NCBI GenBank assembly: GCA_018652625.1
Contig: JABIBT010000021.1
Location: forward strand, 14,502-78,501
DNA from: Candidatus Woesearchaeota archaeon
GTDB lineage: Archaea; Nanobdellota; Nanobdellia; SCGC-AAA011-G17; PNOQ01
DNA: 64,000 nucleotides
Direction: 5' to 3'
This document shows positions 1-8,521 of the stretch, in pieces. A program made the position numbers and the translations under genes. The first letter of the stretch is position 1; each line of letters starts with the position of its first letter. Below the pieces are notes generated by a model, which saw nothing but the letters and a program-made list of their open reading frames with translations, had not been told where the DNA came from and searched no databases.

Positions 1-3000
1 TAATGTTCCTAAAATCAAATGTGAAGCTGAAGGAGGAATCCCATTTAACTCTCCAAAAGAATCGGTTCCAGAATGTCAGCTAGGCTGTTGTGATACTGGC
101 GGAGTTTGTACTGTTGTTGAAAATAATGAATGTTTGGGTAATTTTAATGCGGGGCAAACTAATCAAATATTATGTAGTCAATCTTGTTCACCAAGTCAAC
201 TTGGTTGTTGTGAAATGGTTGGAGATTGTTCGTATACTACTTTAGGACAGTGTGATATTGGGAACTCTAATGTTTTAGATTTTTATGGTGGAGAACTTTG
301 TTCTGGGGTAACTTCTTGTGCTGCAAGAGTTGATTCACATGCTTACCAAGCTTGTGGGGACAATAATTTACAAGGAGAAACAAGACATAAAATATATTTT
401 TATGATTCTGCTGGGAATAGGGAGGAGTTAGTTAAGGATTGCGAATATCCTGATGAAACTTGTGATGATCCGGATGGAAAAGGAGGAGAAATTGATGCTG
501 AATGTAGAACAACTGCTTGTGTTTTGGAAGGAGATTGTCCAGACTGTGATATTCAAGAATTTCTAAACGGTGACAGTATTTGTTTAATTTTACACGAAGG
601 ACATTTCTATAATGATGGAAGAAGTAAAGGATTGATTGAAAGAGTTTTAACTTGTAATGCTGGAGTTGTTGAATCTACTCATGATTTAGATAGGGATAAT
701 GAGGTGTGTATAGAAGGCAGTCAAACTTTTGGAGAACTTACTAGAAGAACTTCAAAAGTTATAGATAATAATTGGGGGCAGTGTAGTAGTTGTGGAAGTG
801 GATTTGATTTAGATGCATTTGCATTTTTACCATATTTGGGTGCAGGAATTGTTGCTTTAGGTTCATCTTGTCAAGAACCTATAGATTGGGATTTTGCTGG
901 AAATTGGAAATTAGGAGAAGATTGTAAAGATAGAGGCAAGGTTGGGGATGTTGAAATGTGTGAATATGATCACGATTTATATGCTCCAATTGGGTCCTGT
1001 AATCCAATTTATCCTCCTGCTATAAGTACTGAAGATCAATGTAATAAGTGCGGGGGCGGAGGAGATAGTTTTACGAATGCCTGTACGATTGAAGAGTGTA
1101 ATGCTTTAGGAGATTGTCAGTTTGAGCATAATAATTTAGATTGGAATGGTTTATACAATGCTGGCTTATTAGCTGTTGGTACAGCTACTGCAATAGTTAG
1201 TATTGGATGGGCGGTATGTTCATGGATTCCAGGATTGTGTGCAGCACCTCCTTATTGGGGAACAATTATGAATATTTTAGTTACCGGTGGTTGGTGGAGT
1301 GCAGCTTATTGGGTAGGATTTAGTTTGGTGGTTGGCCAAGGAGCAACATTGGCTAATCCAGATCCACGTTATGATTTTGCTTTTAGAAATGAAGATGATA
1401 GTATTAATTTAGCATGGGGGTTAGCTTTGTCTAATTCAATTGCAAAAGAGATTGAAGAAATTGGTTGGGTAGATCCGGGGATGAGCAGTAGAGGAACTTC
1501 TGAGGGTAGAGCACTTTTATTGGCGGTCTTAAGTGGAATTAGTAACCCAGAGACATTTAGTTCTATAGTTGGAGCATTGGCTGCCCCAATTGGTAGGAAG
1601 ATGTTGAGTTGGGGATTGGAGAGGACAATAAGGAATTATTTAAGAGATGCTGCTTTTGCTGCTACTGATCCAGCTTCTGTTATAGAAGCAGGTATTGTTA
1701 ATGCACTAAAAGGACAAAGTGGACTTAGTAGTGGGCCATTTGCGATAGGAGAGGGTGCTATGGAATATGCAGCAGAACATGCTGCCCAAGCATATGTTGG
1801 TGGGGTCGGTATAGAAACTGCTTCAGAAGTTGGAGCATTGGCAGGCAGTGAAGCTGCCGCAACAGAAACGGTAAAACAGGCAGGAAGTAAATTACTTACA
1901 GCTTTACAAATTATAGGGGCACTGGTTAGTGTTTATACTGTTGCACAAAGTTTGAATACTGGAAATTGTAGGCCAGAAGAAGCATATATAAATAATGATA
2001 GATGTGCCCAGTGTGGTGGAGGAGAAGGACAATGGGCATGTACTCCTATAAGATGTGATATTTTGGGAGGAGGAGATTCTGTTAATAATCCGATTCATTG
2101 TAAATTTTTGCCCGGAGATAGTCCAGATGAAGGGGTTTGTGAACCTTTAGACGTTGATGATACAGCTCTTCCTAACATAGTTAAGGTTGAGGCAACACTA
2201 TTTGATTCTAATGATGATTACGTTAGACAAGAAGGCCCAGTTGATTCTAATAAATTAGAGATAACTGAAAACTTTGATTGGCCAGAATTGGGAAAAATTA
2301 CTTTATCTATTGAAACTAATGAAAGGGCGAATTGTAAATATAGTAAAAATAGTGAAACAGAATATGAAAGTATGAATGCTTTTGACGTTGGAAATTATCC
2401 CTTATCTAATCATGTTAATATTACTTATACCGAAGAGGATAAATCCGAGGAAGATGTCAGAGTGTATATTAAATGTGAGGACCTTAATGGAAACAAACAC
2501 GCTAAAACAGATGATTATAATTACTTAGAAGTGCATTTCAATGAAAGGCCAGATGAATTTCCACCAGAAGTTAGAATAGTTTCTCCTGGTAATAATGTTA
2601 GATTGCCAGAGAGCACTACCCAAATAGAATGGATTATTAATGTAAAAGAAAATAATGGAATTGCTGGATGTAGATATACACAAAGTGGAGTATCAACCTA
2701 TGAAGAAATGGAATCTTCTTTTACATTAATAGGAGATGTTTCATGTATAGGAACAGATTATACTTGTACCGAATATGGAACGACTTTAAATCTGGTGGAT
2801 TTAGAGTATCTTGATATGGAAGAATTAACTGGTGTTGAAGGAGCAGGGAGGAGTTATGTTTTCAATATGAGTTGTATGGATGGAGCAGGAAATTTCAACA
2901 ATCCGCCTCTTCAAATGGGTTTTGTTGTGATACCTACTTTTGCATTAACAATATTATCTCCAATAGATGGAAGTGAATCATATGAATCAAATCCATTGAT

Positions 3001-3454
3001 AGAAGTGCAAACAGATTCATTAACACTTTGTGATTATAAAATGGATGGTCAGGAGTATAATTTTAGTGTAGATGAACCTGGATTTTATTATGATTATAGC
3101 ATCGTGCATCCTGATGCATTAAGTGGAAGTCCTTCTGGAACAAGACACACTTTAGAAGTTACTTGTACTGATGATGCATTCAATACAGTTAGTGAGTCTG
3201 TTGAATTTTATGTGATTCAAGATGTTAATGCTCCAAAATTAGTAAGCATTTATGATAAGAATAGTAAGCTATTTGTTGTTTTAGACGAAGAGGCAACTTG
3301 TACTTATCATACAAGTAATGTAGAAGAAACTCCTATGGTCCCTTCAGTAAATACGTTTAAACACCAATTAAGTTTAGATCCAGACACTTTAATTTATCAT
3401 ATTAGTTGTTTAGACGTTTGGAATAATGAATTAGCGTTTATTGTGTATGTATAA
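1..3454 (+). CDS. Giant cysteine-rich modular envelope protein; its N-terminus lies beyond the left window edge (more than 1150 aa).
   Basis: The frame is open from nt 2 to the TAA at 3452-3454. The ORF-track start at 134 is an internal TTG. Residues encoded upstream of it (ECQLGCCDTGGVCTVVENNEC) repeat the motif found after it (SQLGCCEMVGDC). The translation shows three parts: a Cys-rich N-part, a hydrophobic plus Ala/Gly-rich insert, and four C-terminal repeats of about 90-120 aa. I recognise no family. Confidence 0.6.
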   Translation, partial: NVPKIKCEAEGGIPFNSPKESVPECQLGCCDTGGVCTVVENNECLGNFNAGQTNQILCSQSCSPSQLGCCEMVGDCSYTTLGQCDIGNSNVLDFYGGELCSGVTSCAARVDSHAYQACGDNNLQGETRHKIYFYDSAGNREELVKDCEYPDETCDDPDGKGGEIDAECRTTACVLEGDCPDCDIQEFLNGDSICLILHEGHFYNDGRSKGLIERVLTCNAGVVESTHDLDRDNEVCIEGSQTFGELTRRTSKVIDNNWGQCSSCGSGFDLDAFAFLPYLGAGIVALGSSCQEPIDWDFAGNWKLGEDCKDRGKVGDVEMCEYDHDLYAPIGSCNPIYPPAISTEDQCNKCGGGGDSFTNACTIEECNALGDCQFEHNNLDWNGLYNAGLLAVGTATAIVSIGWAVCSWIPGLCAAPPYWGTIMNILVTGGWWSAAYWVGFSLVVGQGATLANPDPRYDFAFRNEDDSINLAWGLALSNSIAKEIEEIGWVDPGMSSRGTSEGRALLLAVLSGISNPETFSSIVGALAAPIGRKMLSWGLERTIRNYLRDAAFAATDPASVIEAGIVNALKGQSGLSSGPFAIGEGAMEYAAEHAAQAYVGGVGIETASEVGALAGSEAAATETVKQAGSKLLTALQIIGALVSVYTVAQSLNTGNCRPEEAYINNDRCAQCGGGEGQWACTPIRCDILGGGDSVNNPIHCKFLPGDSPDEGVCEPLDVDDTALPNIVKVEATLFDSNDDYVRQEGPVDSNKLEITENFDWPELGKITLSIETNERANCKYSKNSETEYESMNAFDVGNYPLSNHVNITYTEEDKSEEDVRVYIKCEDLNGNKHAKTDDYNYLEVHFNERPDEFPPEVRIVSPGNNVRLPESTTQIEWIINVKENNGIAGCRYTQSGVSTYEEMESSFTLIGDVSCIGTDYTCTEYGTTLNLVDLEYLDMEELTGVEGAGRSYVFNMSCMDGAGNFNNPPLQMGFVVIPTFALTILSPIDGSESYESNPLIEVQTDSLTLCDYKMDGQEYNFSVDEPGFYYDYSIVHPDALSGSPSGTRHTLEVTCTDDAFNTVSESVEFYVIQDVNAPKLVSIYDKNSKLFVVLDEEATCTYHTSNVEETPMVPSVNTFKHQLSLDPDTLIYHISCLDVWNNELAFIVYV

Positions 3455-3960
3455 TGAAAAAAAAAGGACAATTATTTGGACAACCGATTATGTATGTTTT
3501 TTACGCCGTTGTAGCTATTTTAGTTTTGGTTTTTGGTATTAGGATTGCCATACAACTAAATGAGAAAAGTGATTTACTTAAAGAAGAAATTTTTTTCAGT
3601 GACCTCGAAGAGAAATTTGATTCTGTTTATAGGGATAGTTATGGAAGTTCAATAAGTTTGATAGATTTGAAAGTCCCTTCAAATTTTATTGAACTTTGTT
3701 TTATGGATATTGGTCAGGAAAAAGATTTAAGCGAGGTTACTTTAACTAGGCTAAATGATTTAATTGATGCTTCTTATGATGCTGAAGTGGATGATAATGT
3801 TTTTGTTATTAAAGCTGATCAGAAGGACTTATCTGTTGAGATAGGGAGATATTTTGTTCTGGAGGGAAATGCTTCTGTTTTGTGTGATAAACTAACTGAT
3901 GGAAAATTAGATATTAAATTAGTTAACGAAGGACAAGTTATTAGAGCACAACATATATAA
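3454..3960 (+). CDS. Pilin-like protein with an archaeal class III (prepilin-type) signal peptide.
   Basis: The N-terminus MKKKG|QLFGQPIMYVFYAVVAILVLVFGI is a short basic leader, then G|Q, then about 22 hydrophobic residues. The ATG overlaps the upstream stop (TAATG), which suggests translational coupling. Confidence 0.65.
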   Translation: MKKKGQLFGQPIMYVFYAVVAILVLVFGIRIAIQLNEKSDLLKEEIFFSDLEEKFDSVYRDSYGSSISLIDLKVPSNFIELCFMDIGQEKDLSEVTLTRLNDLIDASYDAEVDDNVFVIKADQKDLSVEIGRYFVLEGNASVLCDKLTDGKLDIKLVNEGQVIRAQHI

Positions 3961-3983
3961 ATAACAAATCCAATTTTTTCTTT

Positions 3984-4814
3984 ATGAATAAAAAAGGACA
4001 AGGTGTTCAGTTTAATTGGATTTTTATTGTAATTGCAGGAGTTTTTGTTCTAATGTTTTTTTTGGGTTTTTTAGTTAAATATATGGATATCCAAGATTCT
4101 AAACAAAATGCCCAATATGGTTGGGATTTTAAGAACCACATTTTGGGGTTGAAAAGTACTGAACAATATAGTAATTTTTCTGCACCAAGATTTAAGATTA
4201 ATTATGATTGTGAAAATATAATTATTAATGGGGATCAAGGGTTTAGTATGCCTTACTCTATTTTTATGGAAGAGATTGATTCTGGTGAGATTTTATTTTG
4301 GGTTGAAGAATATCATAAAGGATTTTTAGTTGATAGAGTTGTTTTTATTTCTGATGCTAGCAAAAAGTATTATTTTGATGAAGAGTATAGGAGTAATATC
4401 CCTCCAAATATTAGATTGGTTTCTAGTGCTTCTAATGCTGATGTTGTTGTAAGTTCTGATCCTTTAAAAGTTGTTGATGAGCGAGATAGAAAAGAAATAT
4501 TTGTTAATAATGGAATGATTGAATTTGTCGACGATGGTGAGCGATTCCTTTATGATAATGATTTTTTTATCTATGGGGCAGCTTTTTCTAATTCTGAAAT
4601 CTTTAAGTGCACGCAAGATGATTTAGAAGAAAGATTTGATATTTTATCTGAGCTGTATATTTCTAAAATTTCTTATTTATCTTCTTCACAAAGTGCTTCG
4701 TGTACTCCATTATATAATACTCTTAGAAATGCTTTAACTTTTTCATTAACTGCTGCTGAAATAAAATCTTCAAATGATAATTTAATTAATTATGGTTGCG
4801 AGGTGGTATTTTGA
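3984..4814 (+). CDS. Pilin-like protein with a class III signal peptide (276 aa).
   Basis: The N-terminus is MNKKG|QGVQFNWIFIVIAGVFVLMFFLGF. It is on the same strand as the neighbouring pilin-like genes and tightly packed with them. Confidence 0.65.
   Translation: MNKKGQGVQFNWIFIVIAGVFVLMFFLGFLVKYMDIQDSKQNAQYGWDFKNHILGLKSTEQYSNFSAPRFKINYDCENIIINGDQGFSMPYSIFMEEIDSGEILFWVEEYHKGFLVDRVVFISDASKKYYFDEEYRSNIPPNIRLVSSASNADVVVSSDPLKVVDERDRKEIFVNNGMIEFVDDGERFLYDNDFFIYGAAFSNSEIFKCTQDDLEERFDILSELYISKISYLSSSQSASCTPLYNTLRNALTFSLTAAEIKSSNDNLINYGCEVVF
4800..4806 (+). promoter_or_regulatory. Shine-Dalgarno-like GAGGTGG serving the internal start at 4811.
   Basis: GAGGTGG lies 4 nt upstream of TTG 4811. That TTG overlaps the upstream stop (TTGA). 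Confidence 0.5.
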
Positions 4815-5263
4815 AAAGAGGACAATTACAAATACAGGAAAGTATATTTGTATTGTTTGTTTTCTTTATTATTTTAGTTATTGGCATGGTTGTTTTTTAT
4901 CAAATGGAATTTAGAAGTATTGAACGAATGAGAAAAGAAAATGAAGATGTTACTTTTTATTATTTAATATCTTATGTTCCTGCTATGCCAGAAGTAGTTT
5001 GTTCTGAAAAAGGAATTGTTGAAGAATGTATTGACTTGGTTAAGGCAAGGGCGTTTGCTAGTTACGATAATGATTATTACAGAAAAATATTTGGTAACAG
5101 GAAAATTATTTTGAATGCCGATGGAGAAAAGATAGAACTGTATGATTTTGAACCTTCTAAGTACTCTGCTGAGAGAATAATTTCAACTCCAGTTAGTGTG
5201 TATAATCCTAGAGATAAAAGTTATACTATTGGAAAATTAGAGGTGCATGATTATGAAAACTAA
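4811..5263 (+). CDS. Pilin-like protein with a class III signal peptide.
   Basis: I moved the start from the ORF-track TTG 4796 to TTG 4811. This gives MKRG|QLQIQESIFVLFVFFIILVIG, matching the short leaders of its neighbours. The SD at 4800-4806 and the TTGA overlap support this start. Confidence 0.6.
   Translation: MKRGQLQIQESIFVLFVFFIILVIGMVVFYQMEFRSIERMRKENEDVTFYYLISYVPAMPEVVCSEKGIVEECIDLVKARAFASYDNDYYRKIFGNRKIILNADGEKIELYDFEPSKYSAERIISTPVSVYNPRDKSYTIGKLEVHDYEN
5240..5245 (+). promoter_or_regulatory. Shine-Dalgarno-like GAGGTG serving the start at 5253.
   Basis: GAGGTG lies 7 nt upstream of the second ATG (5253) and only 1 nt upstream of the first ATG (5247). Confidence 0.5.
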
Positions 5264-5663
5264 AGGACAAATAGATATGTTTGGTTTGGTAATAATAGTT
5301 ATACTTATAGTTATGATTGGATTATTTTCTTTATTTTTTATTTCTCGAGGACAAATTGATGAAAGAGAAGAATATTATTCCTACAAAGCTAATAATTTTG
5401 CTAATGCGTTATCTAAATATTCTCGTGGGAATTTAAATTTTAAGGAAATGGTTTTGGAGTGTTGCACTGGAAGTAGATGTGAAGATTTGTTAGACTTTGT
5501 TGAAGATAATTTTGCTTATGTTGATGAGCCGGTTAGTTTTGAAATAGAATGTGCTAATTCTGATTATTCTGGTTCTCGAGGGAGCTGCAGTAGTGGAATT
5601 GCCTCAGAGTCCATAATTCTGCAGTCTGGGGACCTAATTCGAGTAAATTTGTGTAGAAAATAG
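5253..5663 (+). CDS. Pilin-like protein with a class III signal peptide.
   Basis: The N-terminus is MKTKG|QIDMFGLVIIVILIVMIGLFSLFFI. It overlaps the upstream gene by 11 nt. The C-terminal part contains several Cys residues. Confidence 0.6.
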   Translation: MKTKGQIDMFGLVIIVILIVMIGLFSLFFISRGQIDEREEYYSYKANNFANALSKYSRGNLNFKEMVLECCTGSRCEDLLDFVEDNFAYVDEPVSFEIECANSDYSGSRGSCSSGIASESIILQSGDLIRVNLCRK

Positions 5664-5665
5664 GC

Positions 5666-5677
5666 TTTTTTGCTTTT
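5666..5677 (+). terminator. Oligo-T terminator after the pilin-like gene set.
   Basis: TTTTTTGCTTTT begins 3 nt after the TAG at 5661-5663. Archaeal RNA polymerase terminates at oligo-T tracts. Confidence 0.45.
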
Positions 5678-5740
5678 AAAGGTCTTAGGGCTTAAAATTT
5701 GGGTGTTTGGAGGCGAAATATATGCTAAAACAGATAAATG

Positions 5741-5748
5741 TTTATAAA
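5741..5748 (+). promoter_or_regulatory. Candidate TATA box (TTTATAAA) of the S-layer gene, which implies a leader of about 110 nt.
   Basis: This octamer also sits 28-33 nt upstream of many start codons in the window. Here it lies 141 nt upstream of ATG 5882. Confidence 0.45.
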
Positions 5749-5858
5749 TGGAGAAATTGCAATTTTATTAATGAAAATAGAAGATTACAGCGTCGTAGTT
5801 TATAGCAATGACTTAGGAGTTGACTAACAACCTCAAAAATGAGGGAATGTAAAAAGAG

Positions 5859-5878
5859 ATTAACATGGAGGTGTTAAT
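5859..5878 (+). promoter_or_regulatory. Perfect 7-bp hairpin that presents the Shine-Dalgarno GGAGG in its loop, 3 nt before the S-layer ATG.
   Basis: ATTAACA (5859-5865) and TGTTAAT (5872-5878) are exact reverse complements. The 6-nt loop is TGGAGG. GGAGGTG spans 5867-5873. Confidence 0.55.
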
Positions 5879-5881
5879 ATT

Positions 5882-7975
5882 ATGAAAAAATTTATTAGAA
5901 GAGTTGCTGCAGTCGGTATGGGTTCAGCTATGTTATTAGGAACATTTGGCGGAGCACTAGCGGCTAACGAGACTCTAGCAGATTTACCTGCACCATTCGT
6001 TGTGAACGAAGCATATGCTGACGTTGCAATGGTTGTTGGTTCCTTAGCTGGTACCGATGATAATGCTGCAAGATCTGCATTAAAGACATATTTCGACGGA
6101 GAAGCAACAGCTGTTGCTGGAGACACATCCTTGAGTACTGATGCCTATAATAGGGAATTCTACTATGAGTCTGAATTCAATGGAAGTACTCAATTTGGAA
6201 CAGAAGTAGACGATGAAAAAGTGGATACTTTGTATGATGGTAAAATTGACTGGGGTGACAAGTCCTATGATGTTAGAGAACTAATCAACTTTACTGGCGG
6301 AGCTAAAATTAGTACTAGTGTTAATTCGACAGGAGTGAAGGAGTTTGCCGGAGATCCATATGTAACTTTTGAATCAGGGTCTGTTAGCTATCTGTACTAC
6401 TTTGATACACTTTTTGAAGAAAATGCTTCCAGTAGTCACAATTTGAGTTCTACTACGCCTTTAGAATTTACTTTTTTAGGTAAGGATGTAAAGATATCAG
6501 ATGTAAGTACTACTGCAGATACCATTTCTTTGAATATGGCTGATGAATTTACTTTCAAAGAAGGCGAAGTACAAACCATAGAGGGAAGTTCTGTTACTGT
6601 AGGAAGTATCTTTGAATCTTCTGTAGAAGTGACTTTAGATGGTGTTACAAAAATTGTTAGTTCCGGAAGTAGCCATGATTTTGGAGACTTAACTGTTAAG
6701 GTCGACACAATTGGATATAATTCGAACAATCCAGATTTAAGTAAAACTATCTTGAATGTTGGAACTAAGATTAGTGATACTGTAAGTGATGGAGAAGTCT
6801 TTGAATTATTTACTGACTATGATCCAGATAACAATGCCCCTTGGGAATGGGAGATTAGAACAGGTAACACTGCTGCAGGACACTGGATTTCTTGGGTTGG
6901 TGTAACTTTGAGATTGGCAGCAGATGATTTAGATGTTGGAGATACAGACTCTAATCCAGATCCATTTGGAGTAGGAGGTTCATTTGTATTTCCAAATAAT
7001 TATGTAGCTATATCTTTCGATGAAACAACAGATACAAGTTATTGTAAGATAACTATTGAAGCATTGGCTGATAAAGACATAAACTCTTCTGCTGGATCTA
7101 GCGCAAACGGAGACAATACAGACTATCTTCATTTTGTTGGAGATGAAACTAATTGTTTTGCAATTGGAGGCGTAGATACTAATGCTATTTATGCTTTGGA
7201 GCGAAACGATACTTCAGTTGCTTGGGATTTGTGGTATGAAGACAGCGAGGGTATTAAGAAGAACTCTACTGAGACTACGTTTAACATAGATTGGGATGAT
7301 ACAATTATGGCAGTATCTTTTATTAATAACACTGCATCAAATCACCACTATGTCAATATCTCGAAAGACACTAACGCAGATTCTAGAGATGAAAGTATCT
7401 TTTTGAATGTGTCAAGTGGAATTCAAGAATTTGGAACAACAGAAGACTTTGATTCAGGTGAAAGAGAGGTTTTCTATTCTTGGACAACTAGGCCTCAAGG
7501 AGTTGGGATAATAGATCTTTCTGGAAGAGATTACCAAGCATTAACAATGTATGGTGTGATTATTGGAGATGACGGATCTGATGTAGAAGATGATTTAGAT
7601 GCAGATAAGGTGGTTATCCATGTGCCAAATAATCGAGCCCAAGCAGTAGTATCTATTGGTGCTGGTGCACAAGTTACTGGTGGAGCAGTTGTTGAACCTG
7701 CATTAGTTAATGATGCAAGTGCAGCAGGATATAACAACTTAATCCTTGTAGGTGGACCTTGTGTAAACGAGTTAACAGCAGATTACTTAGGACTAGATTT
7801 CCCTTCATGTGAAGGTGTTTCTGGAATACTAGAGAACAAGGCGATTGTTCAATTAGTTGAATCTGGTGGAAAAACTGCATTGATTGTAGCTGGATGGGAA
7901 GCTGCTGACACAAAGAGAGCTGCTGACACAGTTGCTGCAGGCGGATTAACAGGTGCAGACATTATCGTAGAGTAA
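5882..7975 (+). CDS. S-layer protein of the Methanococcales/Thermococcales type (S_layer_N / S_layer_C-like ends).
   Basis: There is a Sec signal peptide, MKKFIRRVAAVGMGSAMLLGTFGGALA|ANE. The N-terminal DVAMVVGSLAGTDDNAARSAL and the C-terminal NLILVGGPCVNELTADYL ... TALIVAGWEAADTKRAADTVAAG match my memory of conserved S-layer ends. The protein is acidic and rich in Thr/Ser/Asn, has about a dozen N-x-S/T sequons, and has a strong SD. Confidence 0.7.
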   Translation: MKKFIRRVAAVGMGSAMLLGTFGGALAANETLADLPAPFVVNEAYADVAMVVGSLAGTDDNAARSALKTYFDGEATAVAGDTSLSTDAYNREFYYESEFNGSTQFGTEVDDEKVDTLYDGKIDWGDKSYDVRELINFTGGAKISTSVNSTGVKEFAGDPYVTFESGSVSYLYYFDTLFEENASSSHNLSSTTPLEFTFLGKDVKISDVSTTADTISLNMADEFTFKEGEVQTIEGSSVTVGSIFESSVEVTLDGVTKIVSSGSSHDFGDLTVKVDTIGYNSNNPDLSKTILNVGTKISDTVSDGEVFELFTDYDPDNNAPWEWEIRTGNTAAGHWISWVGVTLRLAADDLDVGDTDSNPDPFGVGGSFVFPNNYVAISFDETTDTSYCKITIEALADKDINSSAGSSANGDNTDYLHFVGDETNCFAIGGVDTNAIYALERNDTSVAWDLWYEDSEGIKKNSTETTFNIDWDDTIMAVSFINNTASNHHYVNISKDTNADSRDESIFLNVSSGIQEFGTTEDFDSGEREVFYSWTTRPQGVGIIDLSGRDYQALTMYGVIIGDDGSDVEDDLDADKVVIHVPNNRAQAVVSIGAGAQVTGGAVVEPALVNDASAAGYNNLILVGGPCVNELTADYLGLDFPSCEGVSGILENKAIVQLVESGGKTALIVAGWEAADTKRAADTVAAGGLTGADIIVE

Positions 7976-7986
7976 ACCTCTACAAC

Positions 7987-8005
7987 TTTTTTCTTTTTTT
8001 ATTTT
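7987..8005 (+). terminator. Oligo-T terminator after the S-layer gene.
   Basis: TTTTTTCTTTTTTTATTTT starts 12 nt after the TAA at 7973-7975. Confidence 0.5.
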
Positions 8006-8046
8006 AACGAAACATTTTTATTTGTATTAGTTATTGGTATTTTAAG

Positions 8047-8520
8047 ATGAAAAAAAACAGAAACAAATTATACATTGGATTATTTATTGTATTTTTGATG
8101 GTATCTAGTACTATTGGATTTTTATATAGTTCTGAGGATTCAAAAAAAGTAAATGGAAATAAATTTACTTTAACAGATAAAGGATGGCAGCTTTATTCCG
8201 GTGGAAATTATTGGTATTTTGATTATTTGCCTAGTGAACTGAATTTTGAATCAGATATGAGAACAATATCAAATTTGGTTTATGTTTCTGTTTTGGATAA
8301 TCAATATTTTTATGAAATAAGTAATAAGTTTGCTTTGTTGGGAGTAGTTGTAGAAAGGGTTAGTTTGGAAGAAATAGATTGTGATACGGAAATTACTACA
8401 TTAGTATTTATGTATGAGAATGACAATAAAATTTATAAAGAAGGTAGTTGTGTCTATTTTGAAGGGCGAGAGGATATGCTCATTGATAAATTATTTTATG
8501 AAATGTTGGGAGTGATTTGA
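8047..8520 (+). CDS. N-terminally anchored hypothetical protein, paralog of the next gene.
   Basis: A single N-terminal TM segment is present (LYIGLFIVFLMVSSTIGFLY). The C-terminal motif ENDNKIYKEGSCVYFEG ... LFYEMLGVI is shared with the downstream ORF. Confidence 0.5.
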   Translation: MKKNRNKLYIGLFIVFLMVSSTIGFLYSSEDSKKVNGNKFTLTDKGWQLYSGGNYWYFDYLPSELNFESDMRTISNLVYVSVLDNQYFYEISNKFALLGVVVERVSLEEIDCDTEITTLVFMYENDNKIYKEGSCVYFEGREDMLIDKLFYEMLGVI

Positions 8521-8521
8521 T

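Noticed and set aside
1904-7913. Short ORF-track entries lie antisense to or overlap the giant protein, the pilin-like genes and the S-layer gene (1904-2098, 3819-4001, 5860-6126, 6436-6729, 7531-7737, 7707-7913).
   Set aside because: These are shadow ORFs of 60-97 aa inside longer coherent frames. They have no motifs and no promoter or SD signals.
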